Virus record (IMG/VR): IMGVR_UViG_3300027749_000040
Span: 32,001 to 96,000 of that record
Source: a virus
Length of the DNA: 64,000 nucleotides
Strand: one strand, 5' to 3'
Shown here in pieces: positions 59,756 to 64,000 of the stretch (positions within the stretch are counted from its first letter, which is position 1; each line of letters opens with the position of its first letter). Below the pieces are notes generated by a model. It saw nothing but the letters and a program-made list of their open reading frames with translations, made no database searches and had not been told where the DNA came from. The translations under genes were made by a program, and so were the position numbers.

Positions 59756-60418
59756 ATGTTTACACGACATGTAGGAAAACAAGGCGACCGAAAAGTTGCA
59801 GTAGTATTTCGAGAAGTGCCCGGCGAACCTCACATGTGTTTGGTTGTTCATACTGAATTATTGAACCAGCACATACACGACCCATTGATTCAATGTATTG
59901 AGAGTGACATTGGTCAAAACAGCGAACACTTAGCAGACGCATTAAATCGCACTCACACCAAAGACGGTAGAATTATTCTTCAAGTGTTGCATGGTGAAGG
60001 ACAATTAAAGAAAGTTCAAACAAGTCAGATTTTAATGACACCCTCACCTAACCAATCTATTCGATTAAATGAATTGAATACAATTTTGGATGAAATGAAA
60101 CAAGGTGAGAGTGCAGTTAAGCGTTTACAAGAATTGGACAATAGCCGCGGAATGCAAGATCCGGCTGATGTAGTTCGTAGGATGCGTGGTAATCAAGCCC
60201 CAGTTGTGCCATCAGGTGATTTACTCGGTGATGCATCACTTGCAAAACAAAGACTTGAGCAAGCACAAAAAATGGAACGTGAGGCAAAAGGATTATTAGC
60301 AGAAGCACAACGATTGACTGAAGAGGCTAAAAGTCTTGACCCTTCGGTAATATCTGTACCTTCGGTTGAAGTGAAACCAACTAAAGCAAAAAAAGCAAGA
60401 GCAAAAGTTAGTGTCTAA
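59756..60418 (+). CDS. Hypothetical protein with C-terminal coiled coil and basic tail
   Basis: 220 aa with SD AGGAG. TAAATA at 59722-59727 upstream. Confidence 0.75.
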   Translation: MFTRHVGKQGDRKVAVVFREVPGEPHMCLVVHTELLNQHIHDPLIQCIESDIGQNSEHLADALNRTHTKDGRIILQVLHGEGQLKKVQTSQILMTPSPNQSIRLNELNTILDEMKQGESAVKRLQELDNSRGMQDPADVVRRMRGNQAPVVPSGDLLGDASLAKQRLEQAQKMEREAKGLLAEAQRLTEEAKSLDPSVISVPSVEVKPTKAKKARAKVSV

Positions 60419-60714
60419 TGTCACCAGAATTCATCCACAAATGGGAACATATTCTTGAAGATGTAGAAAAGAATAAAATACCTGTAGAATTTATTAAGAA
60501 GCTTATCATCAAACTTCAAGGTAAGAAACAACAGACTATTAATATTCAAAAATTTCTATCACAAGGATTAAACCCGGACGATATAGAAGAAGCAGTTAGT
60601 CGCAAACTAGATGAATTGGATGACATGATAGTGAGTGTAGAATTCGTGCTGAATGTTCAAAGTATTGCAGACACCGTACAACCAGAAACTGATCGGCTAC
60701 TAGGTAAACTTTAA
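60418..60714 (+). CDS. Hypothetical protein
   Basis: 98 aa with TAATG overlap. Confidence 0.7.
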   Translation: MSPEFIHKWEHILEDVEKNKIPVEFIKKLIIKLQGKKQQTINIQKFLSQGLNPDDIEEAVSRKLDELDDMIVSVEFVLNVQSIADTVQPETDRLLGKL

Positions 60715-60722
60715 TCCAATCA

Positions 60723-60747
60723 AAAAGCCCTGAATATTCGGGGCTTT
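60723..60747 (+). terminator. Intrinsic terminator
   Basis: AAAAGCCC...GGGCTTTT hairpin after 60714. Confidence 0.7.
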
Positions 60748-60772
60748 TCTCATTACATGATATAATATAACC

Positions 60773-61672
60773 ATGAAACAATACTTAGACTTACTACAAG
60801 ATATACTAGATAACGGAGAACTTAAAGATGACAGAACTGGTGTTGGCACCTATAGTGTTTTTGGACGTCATATTCGCTTTGATTTGCGTAGGGGCTTTCC
60901 CGCAGTCACTACTAAGAAACTTGCATGGAAAGCTTGTGTCGGTGAACTACTCTGGTTCATTGAAGGATCTAGTGATGAGCGTAGATTGGCAGAACTTACC
61001 CACGGTAGTGCAGAAGGAAAGGTTACTATCTGGACGCCAAATGCGCTTGCACCGTATTGGAAACCAAAAGCGAAATTCGAGGGCGATCTCGGTCGTGTTT
61101 ACGGGGTACAATGGCGTCATTGGAACAAATATCGTACAGAAAAAAACATGGGCTCGGCGCACAAAGGCGGCACACGCCTCGCTGTTGACCAAATTGAAGT
61201 CGACCAACTATCAACCCTTATTGAGGGGTTGAAGACTGATCCTAATGGACGTAGACACATTCTAAGTGCTTGGAATGTAAGTGAGTTAGATCAAATGGCG
61301 TTGCCCCCTTGTCATGTAATGAGTCAATTCTATGTCAACAAAAATAAAGAACTATCTTGCCATATGTATCAGCGTAGTGTGGATGTTTTTCTTGGCTTAC
61401 CTTTTAACATTGCTAGCTATGCGTTACTCACTCATTTGATTGCACATCACTGTGGATTAAAAGTAGGAGAGCTTATTATTAGTTCGGGTGACACACATAT
61501 CTACAAAGACCATATTGAACAAGTTAAAGAACAATTAACACGTGAAACATATCCATTGCCTACATTGATGTTAAATGCAGAAAAGACTAACATCTTTGAA
61601 ATGACAATGCAAGACATACATTTAGAGAACTATCAAAGTCATGGCCCTATCAAAGCAACAATGGCAATCTAA
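60773..61672 (+). CDS. thyA: Thymidylate synthase
   Basis: DRTGVGT, ELLWF, GRVYGVQW, catalytic ALPPCH, YQRSVDVFLGLPFNIASY and GDTHIY. Confidence 0.97.
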   Translation: MKQYLDLLQDILDNGELKDDRTGVGTYSVFGRHIRFDLRRGFPAVTTKKLAWKACVGELLWFIEGSSDERRLAELTHGSAEGKVTIWTPNALAPYWKPKAKFEGDLGRVYGVQWRHWNKYRTEKNMGSAHKGGTRLAVDQIEVDQLSTLIEGLKTDPNGRRHILSAWNVSELDQMALPPCHVMSQFYVNKNKELSCHMYQRSVDVFLGLPFNIASYALLTHLIAHHCGLKVGELIISSGDTHIYKDHIEQVKEQLTRETYPLPTLMLNAEKTNIFEMTMQDIHLENYQSHGPIKATMAI

Positions 61673-61970
61673 CGAATTCACTAGACCCAAGTATCAGGTA
61701 CAACTATCTGATACTGGGGAAGAGATGGTAACCATTACTCAAGTAGTTCACACTATTAAGATGGGTGATGTTGAAGATCCTGATTTGTTTGTTGCTCAAC
61801 CAATTTACGAATGGCAACAAACAGAAGCCGGTAAGTGGATAATGGAAAATTCTATACCTGCTCCTAGTTGGCATCGTAATCATGACATATACAATTATGG
61901 ATATACTTATCAGATTAGAGCATATCTAACACATAAACAATTAACATTTTGGAAGTTAAAATATGAGTAA
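61641..61970 (+). CDS. Hypothetical protein
   Basis: 109-aa ORF bridging thyA and the epimerase. Start uncertain. Confidence 0.6.
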   Translation: MALSKQQWQSNEFTRPKYQVQLSDTGEEMVTITQVVHTIKMGDVEDPDLFVAQPIYEWQQTEAGKWIMENSIPAPSWHRNHDIYNYGYTYQIRAYLTHKQLTFWKLKYE

Positions 61971-62937
61971 TATATTGGTTACTGGCGGACTAGGACTTAT
62001 TGGTCACAATGTAGTTAAACGACTACAAGATATGGGACATTTAGTATCTATAATGGATAACAAAACAAACTATGGAATTATTCCCCAAGATGAAATTGAT
62101 TACTTGATGGCCGAGCGAATGAAGAAGATTGATGAAACTAGTTTTATCTATGACAGAGACATTTGTGATGCAGAGGCAGTTAACTTTATCTTTAATGTAG
62201 AGCAACCAGAGATTGTTATACATATGGCTAGCTTCCCAAGACAAAAAGTAGTTAACGCAAATCCTGCTTGGGGAAGTCGTGTTATGAGTGAAGGGTTGCT
62301 CAACTTGCTGGAAGCTAGTAATAAGTATGATGTACGTAAGTTTATCTATATCAGCAGTTCAATGGTGTATGGTGACTTCACTGATGATGTAACAGAAGAT
62401 TATGATTGCAAACCTCAAGGTCAGTATGGTATATTGAAACTGGCAGGTGAAGATTTAGTCAAAGACTACACACGCAGAACTAATCTTGTCCATACAATTA
62501 TTCGTCCAAGTGCGGTCTATGGTGAACTAGATGTTGAGGATCGTGTTATTGCTAAGTTTATGCTTACTGCCATGCGGGGTGGCACATTGAATGTTAATGG
62601 TGCAAATGAAACATTAGACTTTACTTATGTTGAAGATGCCGCAGATGGCATTGTAGGTGCCGCATTAAGCGACAATACAGAGAACAAAACATATAACATC
62701 ACCAAAAGCCATAGTCGAACCTTACTTGATGCGGCTAACTTGGCAGTCAAATGTGCAGGCAAAGGCTCAATCAATGTAAGAGATAAAGATGCAGACTTCC
62801 CCAGTCGTGGTGCATTAAACATTGATGCGGCACGTAGTGACTTTAGATATGATCCTAAAGTAGACGTAGAAGAAGGCTTTCAAAAATATTATGATTGGCT
62901 TAGTACATCAAGGTACTGGCAGGATAAAATAAAATGA
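61963..62937 (+). CDS. NAD-dependent nucleotide-sugar epimerase/dehydratase (extended SDR)
   Basis: TGGLGLIG, SSSMVYG, YxxxK (YGILK) and DFTYVED. Confidence 0.92.
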   Translation: MSNILVTGGLGLIGHNVVKRLQDMGHLVSIMDNKTNYGIIPQDEIDYLMAERMKKIDETSFIYDRDICDAEAVNFIFNVEQPEIVIHMASFPRQKVVNANPAWGSRVMSEGLLNLLEASNKYDVRKFIYISSSMVYGDFTDDVTEDYDCKPQGQYGILKLAGEDLVKDYTRRTNLVHTIIRPSAVYGELDVEDRVIAKFMLTAMRGGTLNVNGANETLDFTYVEDAADGIVGAALSDNTENKTYNITKSHSRTLLDAANLAVKCAGKGSINVRDKDADFPSRGALNIDAARSDFRYDPKVDVEEGFQKYYDWLSTSRYWQDKIK

Positions 62938-63143
62938 ATGAACTAGAAACTGCATTGAAAGCACATGATTGGTCTCTAGATGGATATAAATCTAGACTTA
63001 ACATAGACAAGTTGATGAAAGAAAATACCGAACAATCAAAATTGTTATGGGAACAATACTGTCCGTGGTCTGTTACTAACGGCGGGTATATAGCTTGGGC
63101 AAAAAATGCAAATCTCCCACTTCGGTCTAGCAAGACAGTATAA
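62934..63143 (+). CDS. Hypothetical protein (69 aa)
   Basis: ATGA-coupled to the epimerase. Confidence 0.55.
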   Translation: MNELETALKAHDWSLDGYKSRLNIDKLMKENTEQSKLLWEQYCPWSVTNGGYIAWAKNANLPLRSSKTV

Positions 63144-64000
63144 GAACATTGGTCCAGAGTTGCTTGATGCAACTCACCGAGCCCTTAAAGATGGACAGCT
63201 TGTAGGTGGACATTATACACGCTCGTTTGAAGAATGGCTAAAGCATCGTACTAAAACAAAGTATGCTGTTACTGTTCATAGTGGCACACAAGCATTAGAG
63301 ATTATCGCAAGATATAAAAAGAAAAAGCATAACGAAACAATGGAAGGCAATCCTAAAGTTGGTATACCTAATTTAACTTATCCAGCAACATTGAACTCAT
63401 TCTTAACTGCAGGCTGGGATATAGAGTTAGTTGATACTGATAAAAATGGAATCATTGAAAAATACATAGTAGGATACACGTGTGTCATGGGTTATGCAGG
63501 TCGTAAGCCTTGGCCTATTGCAGGGTATACTAGCGCAAATGCAGTGATTGTAGACGGAGCACAACATTGGTTAGTATGTGACGGAGATGTTGGTAGTGGT
63601 ATGTCTATTAGTTTTGATCCTACAAAAAACTTACCTAGTTCAGGTAATGGTGGTGCAATTGTAACAAATGACGAACAACTATATCTGTTTGCCGCAACAT
63701 ACAGAGACAACAACAAACCTGCATTCCATGATGCAGGAACTAACAGCAAGATGAGTGAACAAGATTGTGCTCAGATTCTTGTTAGAGCAAAGTATATTGA
63801 TGGATGGCAAAAGCGTAGAAGTGAGATTTCCAAGTATTGGTGTAATGCGTTCAGAGAACTACCATTAACTTGTCTGTCTGACACAACAACTCCTCATGCA
63901 CATCAAAAGTTTGTGTTATATTTACCTGATCGTAATAGCTTACATACTCATTTATTGACTGATGGTATTGATAGTAAGATTCATTATGAGTATGTACTAG
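63106..64000 (+). CDS. DegT/DnrJ/EryC1/StrS-family PLP-dependent sugar aminotransferase (runs off the window end; not in the ORF track)
   Basis: Translated by hand: MQISHFGL..FEEWL..HSGTQALE..TYPAT..VDGAQH..SFDPTKNLPSSGNGGAI (PLP lysine motif). Confidence 0.9.
   Translation, partial: MQISHFGLARQYKNIGPELLDATHRALKDGQLVGGHYTRSFEEWLKHRTKTKYAVTVHSGTQALEIIARYKKKKHNETMEGNPKVGIPNLTYPATLNSFLTAGWDIELVDTDKNGIIEKYIVGYTCVMGYAGRKPWPIAGYTSANAVIVDGAQHWLVCDGDVGSGMSISFDPTKNLPSSGNGGAIVTNDEQLYLFAATYRDNNKPAFHDAGTNSKMSEQDCAQILVRAKYIDGWQKRRSEISKYWCNAFRELPLTCLSDTTTPHAHQKFVLYLPDRNSLHTHLLTDGIDSKIHYEYVL

Noticed and set aside
60773-61672. ThyA homolog acting as a dCMP hydroxymethylase for DNA hypermodification together with the carbamoyltransferase
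   Set aside because: It retains the Asn of PFNIASY that specifies dUMP, and all canonical ThyA motifs. DNA modification by the cluster is not excluded, but this gene does not support it.
1318-63749. Numerous 60-155-aa antisense or alternate-frame ORFs in the ORF track
   Set aside because: They lie inside well-supported + strand genes and show no recognisable motifs.
1-64000. Stop-codon reassignment, as seen in some large phages
   Set aside because: Genes are long, intact and tightly abutting under the standard bacterial code, with no fragmentation at TAG or TGA.

Overview
This window is a segment of a large, AT-rich, tailed dsDNA phage genome, almost entirely + strand and densely packed. 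It probably infects a Gram-negative (proteobacterial) host. (1) 1-18.6 kb is a virion module: a >5,190-aa repeat-rich structural protein that starts upstream of the window, plus tail/fibre-type proteins. (2) 18.6-50.1 kb is a ~31-kb, mostly translationally coupled modification cluster. It holds 14 radical SAM enzymes (13 in tandem; 13 of the 14 have an N-terminal Twitch/SPASM-like Fe-S domain), several glycosyltransferase-like, SGNH-like and sulfotransferase-like proteins, a carbamoyltransferase, and a 1,565-aa protein with 12 tandem ~65-aa repeats. (3) 50.1-50.7 kb is a circularly permuted (two-piece) tmRNA gene with alphaproteobacterial-type signatures and tag ANDELFALAA. Its intervening segment is enlarged to 340 nt and is filled by a 104-aa ORF closed by a 16-position extension of the acceptor stem. 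(4) 50.7-64 kb holds envelope proteins (two lipoproteins and an outer-membrane beta-barrel), a sigma70-promoter-driven block with an AAA+ ATPase/VWA-metallopeptidase pair, thyA, an NDP-sugar epimerase/dehydratase and a DegT-type aminotransferase cut by the window end. All family calls come from motif reading by eye; no database search was run.
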